NCBI GenBank assembly: GCA_027717925.1
Contig: JALLON010000003.1
Location: forward strand, 1-35,745
DNA from: Acidobacteria bacterium AH-259-G07
GTDB taxonomy: Bacteria > Acidobacteriota > UBA6911 > RPQK01 > JADFOI01
Reading direction: 5' to 3'
Length of the DNA: 35,745 nucleotides
Shown here: one piece after another, positions 17,796-26,878 of the stretch
Layout of the letters: the number at the start of each line of letters is the position of its first letter
Position numbering within the stretch: position 1 is the first letter of the stretch
Position numbers and translations under genes: made by a program
The notes under the pieces: model-generated
Told to the model about the DNA's origin: nothing
The model's input: the letters and a program-made list of their open reading frames with translations, nothing else
Database searches by the model: none

Positions 17796-18032
17796 ATGGC
17801 AAAGGATATTATCCAGTGTGATCCGAGCATAATGATGGGTAAGCCCGTTGTTGCCGGTACACGTATTACTGTGGAGCTGATACTGGAGAAATTGGCCGCT
17901 GGCGAGACAGTCGAACAACTTCTCCAAGCGCATCCTCGCCTCACAAAGGAAGGCGTACAAGCCGCTTTGGCGTTTGCTGCAAAAGCCTTGAGTTCCGACG
18001 TAGTCTACCCCCTACCGAACAAAACGGCATGA
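17796..18032 (+). CDS. DUF433-family antitoxin
   Basis: DPSIMMGKPVVAGTRITVELILEKLAAG...HPRLT; GAGGA RBS before ATG 17796. Confidence 0.9.
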   Translation: MAKDIIQCDPSIMMGKPVVAGTRITVELILEKLAAGETVEQLLQAHPRLTKEGVQAALAFAAKALSSDVVYPLPNKTA

Positions 18033-18388
18033 ATTTTCTGGTTGATGAAAGCGTCGACCAGCCAATAGTTGACCGGCTTCGGGAGAATGGTCACGATGTA
18101 ATTTATATAGCGGAGATGGATCCCGGGATTTCGGATCAAAGGATTTTGGTACTAGCGAATGAAAAGGCCGCGCTTCTTGTAACGTGTGACAAAGACTTTG
18201 GTGAACTTGTGTTCCGCCAAGGAAGAGTCTCTTATGGGGTCCTGCTTATCCGGTTGGCAGGCCTGCCGGCAAGTGAAAAAGCCCATGTCACTTCCGTTGC
18301 TATTCACGAGCACGGCAGGGAACTCATTCAGCGTTTTAGTGTCGTCACTCCCGGCATGATCCGAATTCGCTCGAAACTTGATGCCTAA
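18029..18388 (+). CDS. DUF5615 (Mut7-C-like) PIN-domain toxin
   Basis: MNFLVDES, GHDV, SDQRIL, LVTCDKDFG; ATGA coupling to the DUF433 gene. Confidence 0.88.
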   Translation: MNFLVDESVDQPIVDRLRENGHDVIYIAEMDPGISDQRILVLANEKAALLVTCDKDFGELVFRQGRVSYGVLLIRLAGLPASEKAHVTSVAIHEHGRELIQRFSVVTPGMIRIRSKLDA

Positions 18389-18535
18389 TTAGGCAATGAA
18401 GAGCCAAGATCTGCAGACTGAGACTTATAGGGGCACCGGTTGCCGTCGCGCCTCACCTGGTTAGCGGCGGCGCTCCATTTCGCTGGCGGACACGCCTTGC
18501 CAGTGGACGGGGTGCTCGTTGCGCAATAATAGAAA

Positions 18536-20296
18536 GTGTCAATGAAAACCTGCTCTAAACTGTTCCCAATTCTCAATGGCAGGTGCATCGGCTGGTTGAT
18601 TTTGATTTCGATCCTGTGCACACCGTTTTTGGCCAGCCGCTCATTTTCCAGGAAGGATACCAACGGGGCCGTGGTGTTGACATTTGATGACGCCGTCAAG
18701 TCGCATCGCACGGTGGTGGCTCCCCTGCTTAAAGAATTGGGGTTTGGAGCCACTTTTTTCGTCACGCACCGATGGATGGCCAATTCCAAAGAGTTTCTCA
18801 CCTGGCGGGAGATCGCGGAAATCCATCGGATGGGTTTTGAAATCGGCAATCACAGCTGGACTCATCCTGACTTCTCCATCCCCAAGAACGCGGCCCGGCT
18901 ACCAGCCGAGCTGGCTTTGGTGGAATACAAGCTCCGCAAGGTGGGTGTTCCCCGGCCCATCAGCTTCGCCTATAGCGGAAACGCGTTCGGTCCTGAGGCG
19001 GTGAAACAGTTGAAGAGGCTGGGCTATAAACTTGCCCGGCGCGGTATGCAGCCTGAAGTACCCTACGGGAAAGCGCAAGTCGGTCCCGTCTTTGATCCCC
19101 AGCGGCATCACCGGCTGCTCGTTCCGAGCACCGGGGATGCCTATCCCAACTGGACGCTCGAACACTTTCGACGCGTAGTCGCGCCCGCTCAGGAAGGCAG
19201 GATCGTACTTCTGCAATTTCACGGCGTTCCCGACCCGGCCCACTCCTGGGTACATACTCCGCCGGAACGTTTTCGAGAGTACATGAATTATCTGAAAGAG
19301 CAGGGCCTTCGGGTGATCGCCCTACGAGATTTGCAAAGATACTTACCTGACATGGATTCCTCCGATCCCCTTCTTGAGGCTCGTTATCCAGAATCCAGGA
19401 AGGGAAAGCTCGAGTTGCCGACCGAGGTGAGAGCCACCCGAGCCGATCTCGCTTACTGGTTAGAGAATATGCTGCGCTACCACCGATATAGCTGGGAGGA
19501 GGCTTCAGAGGCGACCGGCCTGAGTGCGGAAGTGTTGAAAAAACACGTTCGGGAATTGGGCGTAAAGACGAGCCCCTTCCCTCCCCGAGGACGGAGAAAT
19601 CCCCTCCTCTTGCCCTATCCGGGGGGACGCCACCCTCGCATCGGATTTCTGGAGGGCGCCGTCAGCCCTCAGCGGGGTACCAAAGCCAGCCTTTTTCTGC
19701 CTTGGAGTGAATCCGGTTATGCAGTCGTCGATCTTCCGGAGGCTGTTTTCAGTAACCTGGGACTTATTTTTTTGGCCCATACGCACATCCCCACCCTCTG
19801 GCAGAAACAAAATGTCTGGTTGGAAAACGTCGACTGGGAGCGCCACCCGGACGGCAGCTTAAGCGGAAGCCGAGAGCTTCCCAATAAGATTTCTTTTGGA
19901 GCCTCGATTCGCCCCAGCACCGGGCAGGTAGAGATGGAGTTGTGGCTGCACAATGGCTCGAGAGAGCACCTGAGTGCTCTGCGTACCCAGGTCTGCATCA
20001 TGTTGAAAGGGGCGCCGACCTTCGCCACCCAGACCAATGACAACAAGATTTTCCACAGCCCAGTGGCTGCCGTCAGGTCAGCCGAGAAAGAACGCTGGAT
20101 CTTGACAGCCTGGGATCGATGCGGTCGGGTCTGGGGTAACCCGCAGGTTCCCTGTTTTCACTCCGATCCGCTACTGCCTGATTGTGCGCCGGGAGAAACG
20201 GTGCGACTTCGCGGACGGATTTGGTTCTACGAGGGCAGCCATATCGAAGGTGAGATCGAGAGGACAAGAAGACTATTTACCACCCTACCCCCATGA
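18536..20296 (+). CDS. Secreted polysaccharide deacetylase (CE4/NodB) fused to a C-terminal domain of unknown function
   Basis: Hydrophobic leader; LTFDD, ATFFV, EIGNHSWTH, FAY, LQFH; about 300 further aa with no recognised motif. Confidence 0.85.
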   Translation: MSMKTCSKLFPILNGRCIGWLILISILCTPFLASRSFSRKDTNGAVVLTFDDAVKSHRTVVAPLLKELGFGATFFVTHRWMANSKEFLTWREIAEIHRMGFEIGNHSWTHPDFSIPKNAARLPAELALVEYKLRKVGVPRPISFAYSGNAFGPEAVKQLKRLGYKLARRGMQPEVPYGKAQVGPVFDPQRHHRLLVPSTGDAYPNWTLEHFRRVVAPAQEGRIVLLQFHGVPDPAHSWVHTPPERFREYMNYLKEQGLRVIALRDLQRYLPDMDSSDPLLEARYPESRKGKLELPTEVRATRADLAYWLENMLRYHRYSWEEASEATGLSAEVLKKHVRELGVKTSPFPPRGRRNPLLLPYPGGRHPRIGFLEGAVSPQRGTKASLFLPWSESGYAVVDLPEAVFSNLGLIFLAHTHIPTLWQKQNVWLENVDWERHPDGSLSGSRELPNKISFGASIRPSTGQVEMELWLHNGSREHLSALRTQVCIMLKGAPTFATQTNDNKIFHSPVAAVRSAEKERWILTAWDRCGRVWGNPQVPCFHSDPLLPDCAPGETVRLRGRIWFYEGSHIEGEIERTRRLFTTLPP

Positions 20297-21914
20297 CCTC
20301 CTCCGCTATCTGCTGGTAAGCCGACAGTGCTTCGCGAAACTCCTTTAAGGCGTCTTCGGACAGGACCCCCTCATTACGAGCAAGCTGGCTTTTCACCCGC
20401 TGGATCAGATAGTCAATCTGCTCATGCCGAGGGCGCAGCGGTTTGCCGGGTACTTCGATAAAAAACGGTGCCGTATGGGCAAAACGCACTCGCCCCGCCT
20501 CCGTCGGCTCGTAGCAGCGGACGCCAATCCAAGTAGAATCACTGATCTCGAAGCTCACGTCGATGGGGCTCTCGTAACCGCCGCTCGCCATTTCTTGGTT
20601 GACTGGACTTAAAGTGCGAAGGACACTGCCCGCCGAGACGATTTCAATTTTTGATAACGGACGGGCACTCTTTGCCCAGCCAGTGAGGTGGTAGGCTGGT
20701 CGGTCCTGCAGGGCCTGTCTGAAGCTGTAACCGGGCCATCGATCGTTGAGTTTTACCGCCAGCATTGGCCCGGTGGTGACAAAGCTTCGCCCCTGGTCCA
20801 GACCCTTGATCCAGTTGTCATAGGAGAAGCCGTTTTCGAGGTGCACATAAACGCGACCGAAACCAAGCGGCACGGGATGCACCCCTGAGGCCGTGCCGGC
20901 CGTGGGACGCAGCCGCATCCCACAGTTAAGGAGGGCATAGTAGTTCTCAAAGGTGAATTCGATCCAGCCCTTCTCCGTCATGCCGCCCTCATGACGTTCG
21001 ACTTCCATGTAAGGAGGTGGCTCTTCTCCAAAATCGCTGAAGTGGAATTCCGTTCGCCAAATGTGATTGTTGGCCAGTTCGTACAGATCGACCTGCATGA
21101 CCGGCACCAGCATCATCGACCACGGCCAGTTGTGCTTGTCCAATTCCAGCAGTCCTCCCTGTCGATGAACTTGCTGGGCCACCAGGCCCACAGGAGGTGC
21201 TCCGTGCTCCAATACCTGCCTGTGATTGAGCGCAAAGACAGCACCGAGTGTGTGCCGCGTCCCGCCCACGGTAAAAATCTCGTACTCCGTGTTCATGGGA
21301 TAAATGACGTGCATCGGATCCACCCTGATGATTTCTGGCATCACTGGCCGGGAATTCTTGTCTCCACGATCGGGCACTGTGTACGCCTTAGTAACCCAGT
21401 AGGTCAGTGGCAGCGCAACGTTTAGATCCTCAGCCAGCATCAAGTTCGGCAGCTCGTCCAGACTGCGGTGCACGTGCGTTTCGCCCGAGTACCAGCCCAG
21501 GCGTTCCATGTTGATCCAGCGTTTCAGCTTAACGGTAATTGAAACGGGTTCCTCCTTGAGCTCGACACTTTCGCTGTGGGGGAGGTATTCCTTGCCTCGC
21601 TCAACCGTTAGCTTGTACTGGCCTGGCGGCAGCAGAGCGATGAACGGATGAGGCGATAGTGTGGTGTGCATCTCCACGCTTTTTGCGCTGCGCTGTTTGT
21701 GATATTCGACGGCCGAGCCCTCATCATCTGCCGATCGGGCGAAGAAAAAGTGACCGTCGCGTGATTGAATGTAGACTCGGGCCGGCAGGAGCTCGCCCGT
21801 CTTTGCATCCGTGATTGCGCCTCGCAGCATAACCTCTTCGCGGCCTTGTGACAGGGATGCCGTCAGCATTATTCCTGCTAAAAGCAGGGCCTGAGACAAC
21901 TTACCCACCGTCAT
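20277..21914 (-). CDS. Secreted CehA/McbA-like (PHP-fold) metallohydrolase with N-terminal carboxypeptidase-regulatory-like domain
   Basis: Signal peptide; GAITDAKTGELLPARV, PGQYKLTVERGKEY, GWYSGETHVHR, YYALLNCG..PTAGT, GRVYV, GRSFVTTGP. Confidence 0.8.
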   Translation of the reverse strand: MTVGKLSQALLLAGIMLTASLSQGREEVMLRGAITDAKTGELLPARVYIQSRDGHFFFARSADDEGSAVEYHKQRSAKSVEMHTTLSPHPFIALLPPGQYKLTVERGKEYLPHSESVELKEEPVSITVKLKRWINMERLGWYSGETHVHRSLDELPNLMLAEDLNVALPLTYWVTKAYTVPDRGDKNSRPVMPEIIRVDPMHVIYPMNTEYEIFTVGGTRHTLGAVFALNHRQVLEHGAPPVGLVAQQVHRQGGLLELDKHNWPWSMMLVPVMQVDLYELANNHIWRTEFHFSDFGEEPPPYMEVERHEGGMTEKGWIEFTFENYYALLNCGMRLRPTAGTASGVHPVPLGFGRVYVHLENGFSYDNWIKGLDQGRSFVTTGPMLAVKLNDRWPGYSFRQALQDRPAYHLTGWAKSARPLSKIEIVSAGSVLRTLSPVNQEMASGGYESPIDVSFEISDSTWIGVRCYEPTEAGRVRFAHTAPFFIEVPGKPLRPRHEQIDYLIQRVKSQLARNEGVLSEDALKEFREALSAYQQIAEEVMGVGW

Positions 21915-21972
21915 AAAGGAAACCCCGGGGACCACTGCACTCTAGCCCGCTTTGCCGGCTACAAGTCCTTTC

Positions 21973-22743
21973 TCACCATTTTGGGCCGATAAGCCTGCCA
22001 CCATCGCAGACAATGGTTTGGCCGGTGATCATGTCGGAGCCGGTGATGATCCCTAATATTGCGGCGGCAACGTCCTCAGGCCGGCACACTTTTCCCAGAA
22101 CAGCACGGGCTTCCCAAGCCTGTTTGACCGACTCATAATCTGCGCCCAGGCCCTTTTGGGTCCATCTTCCAGCGATGAAACCGGGAGCCACGGAATTCAC
22201 TCGAATCGCCGGGCCCAGTACCCGGGCCAGGGAAATGGTTAAATTGATCTGAGCCGCCTTCGAAGCACAGTAAGGAATGGAACTCCCGGCTGCGGTGATT
22301 CCGGCAACGCTGGTGACGTTGACGACTTCGCCTTCACCAGAGGCCTCCATGTATTTGCGTGCGGCCCTGGTGCACTGGAACGTGCCCTTCAGATTGACGC
22401 CAAGGATACGATTCCAATGCTCGTCGGTGACGTCTTCCAGATGGGAATGAGGGATGAATTTAGTGGTGCCTGCATTGTTCACTAGAATGTCCAACCGACC
22501 AAACTCTTTGGCTGCCACATCCATCATGGCTCGACAGGCGTCGTCCTCAGATACGTCCGCTTGAAAGCTAAAGGCTTGTACACCAAAAGTGCGCGCTTCT
22601 TCTACCGTCTGCTCTGCTTCTTCCCGCGAACGGCTGTAATTCACCAGAACCGCGCAATCGCCTCTGGCCAGAGCGAGGGCCGTCGCCTTTCCAACGCCCC
22701 GGCTTGCTCCCGTGATTATTGCTGCCTTTCCTTTTATGTTCAT
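21973..22743 (-). CDS. Classical SDR oxidoreductase (FabG-like)
   Basis: TGASRGVG, NNAG, YCASK, IRVNSVAPG. Confidence 0.93.
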   Translation of the reverse strand: MNIKGKAAIITGASRGVGKATALALARGDCAVLVNYSRSREEAEQTVEEARTFGVQAFSFQADVSEDDACRAMMDVAAKEFGRLDILVNNAGTTKFIPHSHLEDVTDEHWNRILGVNLKGTFQCTRAARKYMEASGEGEVVNVTSVAGITAAGSSIPYCASKAAQINLTISLARVLGPAIRVNSVAPGFIAGRWTQKGLGADYESVKQAWEARAVLGKVCRPEDVAAAILGIITGSDMITGQTIVCDGGRLIGPKW

Positions 22744-22774
22744 AGCACGCTCAAGAGCGTTTAGACTTGCTCAA

Positions 22775-23671
22775 TTAAAAAGTCCGGGTTCCACGAACTT
22801 TCGTGGCTACGTAGTACACGGACGTTCGCGTAGTGATATAAAGGCCTGTAAAACCGGCACCCCAGGCGCAGTTGCTGGCGCTTTCCGGTGTAACAACCGT
22901 ACCTAGATGTCTTCCGGCGGCGGAAAAGACCCAGACTCCTTCGGGGCCCGCCACATACAGGTTGCCGGCCTCATCAGTGTTGAGGCCGGCAGGACCGCCA
23001 GTGAGATCCGATTCCAGCCGGGCTACCACATGCGCATCGGAGAGTGATCCGTCGCTGCCAATGTGGTAACGCCAGACCTTCCGTCGCCCCGAGTCGGTCA
23101 CGTAGAGGGTCAATTGTTTCGGTCCCAGAGCGACGCCCTTTGGGCGCTCCAAGCGATGCGTGGCCACTCTCACCTCCCCTTCCCGAGTTATCTGATAGAC
23201 CGCTGAAAAATCAGTTCTGCTTGGGTCAGGCGGCGCACTGTGGTCTCGAAGATCTGAGAAATAGATGCTCCCGTCAACGGCGTAAATCAGATCGTTAGGA
23301 GCGTTGAGGAGCTTGCCAGCGAGCTTTTCTGCCAGGACTGTAATCTTACCGTCTTTCTCAGTGCGTATAACCCGTCCGGCGGCTCTCTCACATGCGAGCA
23401 GCCGCCCCTGATGGTCGAAGGTCAGACCGTGAGCACCGTGAGAGTCTCGACGGAAAACAGTGAGCCGGCCACCGGGCGGCCCGGTTTTTCCTGGCTCCGG
23501 CGTCCACTTCATAATTCGCTCCCCTCCAGTGTCACTGAAGAGCAGAAAGCCGATCCGGCTGAAGACCGGGCCGCCGGCAAACCGGAAGCCTGCAGCAACC
23601 CTCTGCAGCCGAGCGTCGGGGTCCACAAGGGTGTGGAAAGCAGGATCAATGGTTTGAATAGCCGATGGCAT
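22775..23671 (-). CDS. SMP-30/gluconolactonase-family propeller with metal ligands apparently substituted
   Basis: LLFSD, GLTFDHQGRL, LNAPNDL, IYFSD, DEAGNLYV, SNCAWG, LYIT; start ATG 23671 or 23692. Confidence 0.85.
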   Translation of the reverse strand: MPSAIQTIDPAFHTLVDPDARLQRVAAGFRFAGGPVFSRIGFLLFSDTGGERIMKWTPEPGKTGPPGGRLTVFRRDSHGAHGLTFDHQGRLLACERAAGRVIRTEKDGKITVLAEKLAGKLLNAPNDLIYAVDGSIYFSDLRDHSAPPDPSRTDFSAVYQITREGEVRVATHRLERPKGVALGPKQLTLYVTDSGRRKVWRYHIGSDGSLSDAHVVARLESDLTGGPAGLNTDEAGNLYVAGPEGVWVFSAAGRHLGTVVTPESASNCAWGAGFTGLYITTRTSVYYVATKVRGTRTF

Positions 23672-23675
23672 CGTA

Positions 23676-24890
23676 TCAGGACCCCGGGCCATGCGCGTAA
23701 TACGATTTCACAGGCGCCTCATATGCGATGTTGAGCATCGGTGTTTCTATTCGCGTGTGTCCCTGATAGCGCGATTCCATCAGAAAAGCCAGGGCACCTG
23801 TGGTCAGCAGAGTGCGCTCCACCGGGTAGTCAGTTTTCCCGCTAATAAAAGTCCGGGCGATGGAATCGACCAAGGGGCTGAAGTTGTTCGAGTTTTCTCT
23901 GGGGATGTAGCAAAGCGTGGAGAGGATGTCGCTTGCCCCTTTGACCCGAAAGGCTGCCAGGTACTCGCTAACCATTCCACCCAGCATCAAGATCGTTGCC
24001 TTCAATCCGTCGTTGTATTCCAGGAAACAGGCTACTGGGTTTTTTACCAGTTCGTCGGGACGCCCCGGAACCACCTTCTGCCCGCGTGCCAGTGCTGCCT
24101 GCATAAGTTCGCGTGACCAGCGACCTTCGTTGGCTGCGCGCCAGACCGCATCTCCCTCGACGTGCTGAACGGCGCGTACACCCGTCTCCCCGCCTCGTCG
24201 CCGCTCCACGAAGCACTGCAAGACCTCGAGATTGTGAAAGATGCCTCCGTCGGCAACCCAGCCACCACCTATTTCCAGCGCTTCCTCGAAGTGCGTCCCC
24301 AGAGGGAAATCCAGCTCGGGACGCCGGAAGGTCACCGAAACCGAGGAGCCGGCCATCAGCGGAAATCCCAATTCGCGGGACTGATCGTACATCCACCGGG
24401 CCTGTCTCCAGTCGTAGGAAAGGTGCTTATCGACAAAGACGGGAACTGCACGGCCCGAACTTCGGAAGACCTCTACCACCTGCTGCATAAACTTGTAACG
24501 GGGATACAACTTTTGCAGCTTGCTGTTGGTGGGATAGTCACCGTGCTCACCGATCAGCAGCACGCCATCGACCGCGAGTTTCCCGGTGCCCAGGGTGAGC
24601 GCGTCAGCGATGGAAGAATAGATCTTGAAACCGTAGGCCATGGAGAGTCGACGGCTGATGTCGGCCGGGTGGATCTGATCCACGGATAGTGAAACAATAT
24701 CGCAGGGTGGCGGGTAGTACTGCTCATTAATCCAGTAGCCCTCAAGGAATCGAGTGATGAAATTGTCGCTGTGTGAGCGCACATGGTAGGTGGTGGAAAG
24801 CGCGGCTATTTTCTTGCGTCCCTTGGACCTGAGAGCCCAAGGAGCAAGCACGGGGACAGCAACCGTTTGCAGAAAGGTTCGCCGCTTCAT
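23676..24890 (-). CDS. Tat-exported conserved hypothetical protein, distant Gfo/Idh/MocA-like
   Basis: MKRRTFLQ Tat-type leader from ATG 24890; VDGVLLIGEHGDY, VFVDKHL, MAGSS. Confidence 0.7.
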   Translation of the reverse strand: MKRRTFLQTVAVPVLAPWALRSKGRKKIAALSTTYHVRSHSDNFITRFLEGYWINEQYYPPPCDIVSLSVDQIHPADISRRLSMAYGFKIYSSIADALTLGTGKLAVDGVLLIGEHGDYPTNSKLQKLYPRYKFMQQVVEVFRSSGRAVPVFVDKHLSYDWRQARWMYDQSRELGFPLMAGSSVSVTFRRPELDFPLGTHFEEALEIGGGWVADGGIFHNLEVLQCFVERRRGGETGVRAVQHVEGDAVWRAANEGRWSRELMQAALARGQKVVPGRPDELVKNPVACFLEYNDGLKATILMLGGMVSEYLAAFRVKGASDILSTLCYIPRENSNNFSPLVDSIARTFISGKTDYPVERTLLTTGALAFLMESRYQGHTRIETPMLNIAYEAPVKSYYAHGPGS

Positions 24891-25081
24891 AGCGTGTTTC
24901 CCCGATCCAATAGCAGAATACTCATGTTTGCAAAACCCGCATCGCCTTTCCTGGAGTCTATCGTAACTCCATTTTCTGTGCCACCTCTGCGGCTTTTTTT
25001 CATCACGCACAGCAGATTCTCTCCCAATGCTTTTGTCGATGTTTGGAAAAACGATAAATTAGGCTAAGGAGTGGGTAATCC

Positions 25082-26188
25082 GTGAAGATCACCAAAATTG
25101 ATACGAGCCTGTACCGCTTTCCGGCTCACCGGAAGATCGTCGATGCCATCCAGGAGTTTACACACATGGAGGTGATCGCGGCCACGATTTATACCGATGA
25201 AGGAACCAGCGGGATGGGCTACTCCTATACGATCGGTCGCGGCGGTAGGGCGACCAAGGTCTTGCTCGACAGCGAAGTGGTTTCCCTCATTCTTGGAGAG
25301 GATCCCGCCGACATCGAGCGCCTCTGGGAGAAAATGTGGTGGTCTCTGCATTGGGTCGGCCGGCAGGGATTAGTGTCGCTCGCCATGGCAGCCATGGATA
25401 TCGCGCTATGGGACCTGAAGGCCAAGCACGCCGGCCTGCCCCTGTACAAACTTCTCGGTGCCGCGCGAGACAAAATGCCGGTCTACGATACCGATTGCGG
25501 GTGGCTTAACCACAGCCAGGAAGAACTCGTCCGCGAAGCGAGTGTTCTGGTCCAGCAGGGATTCACTGGGATCAAGATCAAGGTCGGCAAAGAGAAGCGC
25601 TCCGAGGATGTGGAACGTCTTAGGGTGGTAAGGAAGGCGATTGGTCAGGATACCAAGCTCATGGTGGACGCCAACCTACGCTGGAGCGCCGGCGAGGCCA
25701 TTGCCCGTGCGCAGCTCTTCGAGGAGTTCGATCTTTTCTGGCTCGAGGAACCCATCGAAGCCGATGACGTGCTGGGCCACGAAAAACTGCGTCAGCGTAC
25801 GTCCATTCCAATCGCCGTGGGAGAAAGCCTCTACAACCGGCATGTTTTCAAAGAGTACCTGGCACGCGGGGCTGCCACAATTTTGCAGCCCGATGTGGGC
25901 CGCGTGGGAGGTGTGACCGAATGGCTTCGAATCGCTCATATGGCACACAGCTTCAACGTCTCAGTCTCGCCGCACTTCCTGATGGAGCTGCACATCCACT
26001 TGGCGTGTGCGGTTCCAAATGCCCTTTGGGTCGAACATATTCCGTTTTTGAATCGATTCGTTCAAGAGCCCTTAAGTGTGGAAGAAGGTTACGCTTTCCC
26101 GCCAAATAGACCCGGGCATGGAGTGCTCTTCAACCAGCAGAAGTCCGAGCCACACCTGGTGGAAACGAATTCCTGGCCCTGCGAGTAA
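25082..26188 (+). CDS. Mandelate racemase/muconate-lactonizing enzyme family (acid-sugar dehydratase-like)
   Basis: DIALWDLKAK..GLPLYKLLG, KIK, DAN, EEP, GES, QPD, SPH; GTG start with AAGGAG RBS. Confidence 0.92.
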   Translation: MKITKIDTSLYRFPAHRKIVDAIQEFTHMEVIAATIYTDEGTSGMGYSYTIGRGGRATKVLLDSEVVSLILGEDPADIERLWEKMWWSLHWVGRQGLVSLAMAAMDIALWDLKAKHAGLPLYKLLGAARDKMPVYDTDCGWLNHSQEELVREASVLVQQGFTGIKIKVGKEKRSEDVERLRVVRKAIGQDTKLMVDANLRWSAGEAIARAQLFEEFDLFWLEEPIEADDVLGHEKLRQRTSIPIAVGESLYNRHVFKEYLARGAATILQPDVGRVGGVTEWLRIAHMAHSFNVSVSPHFLMELHIHLACAVPNALWVEHIPFLNRFVQEPLSVEEGYAFPPNRPGHGVLFNQQKSEPHLVETNSWPCE

Positions 26189-26269
26189 GCGGAAAAGCAA
26201 TTTCCTGTTCTTACAAGTTTGTGATATGAGGTAACGACAAGTACGAACCATGACAAGGAAGGTGTTCTT

Positions 26270-26854
26270 ATGCGCATTCTTATTGTTTCCCTTCTCGCCA
26301 CGGCGCTAACGGCCATCGTCGCGGTGGGCTTTACATATCGAGACGAGCCCTCGACTGAGGGAATGACGGTTCCCCAGTACGACGAAGACGGCGCTCTTCT
26401 GCGTCCCAAGGATTTTCACACCTGGGTTTTCGTCGGAGCATCGATCGGTCTGAGCTACTCGGAAGAGAGCAAACGCAGCGGACCAGGGCTGTTCCACAAC
26501 GTCTACATGCAGCCCCAAGCCTACCAATATTACGTCAAAACCGGAAAGTTTCCGAAAAAAACGATGTTCGCCATGGCCGTCTACAAGCCTACGCAGAAGG
26601 CATCGATCAACCGGCAAGGATTCTTCGAAGACGAGTTTGTTTCCTTGGAAGTTGCACTCAAAGACCACGAGCACTTCGATGAGGGCTGGGCCTATTTTGA
26701 CTTCGGCAAGTCCCGCGACCGAGCAACCGCCTTTCCCAAGGAGCGCTGCCATTCATGCCACTCCGCGCACGGCGCTGAGGACAATGTCTTCGTTCAATTC
26801 TATCCCGTTCTGCAGGAGGTGAAGAAGGCAGAGAAAGCCCACGACGAGCAGTAA
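26270..26854 (+). CDS. Cytochrome P460 / c'-beta family c-type cytochrome
   Basis: Signal peptide; LLRPKDFHTWVFVG, FHNVYM, GWAYFDF, C-terminal CHSCH and DNVFVQFYP. Confidence 0.88.
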   Translation: MRILIVSLLATALTAIVAVGFTYRDEPSTEGMTVPQYDEDGALLRPKDFHTWVFVGASIGLSYSEESKRSGPGLFHNVYMQPQAYQYYVKTGKFPKKTMFAMAVYKPTQKASINRQGFFEDEFVSLEVALKDHEHFDEGWAYFDFGKSRDRATAFPKERCHSCHSAHGAEDNVFVQFYPVLQEVKKAEKAHDEQ

Positions 26855-26878
26855 CCCTTAGCCCCACTTAACGCCAGA

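Noticed and set aside
24891-25010. Extension of the 444-aa ORF containing CGFCKH
   Set aside because: Lies upstream of the twin-arginine start in the divergent promoter region; not a CxxCH motif
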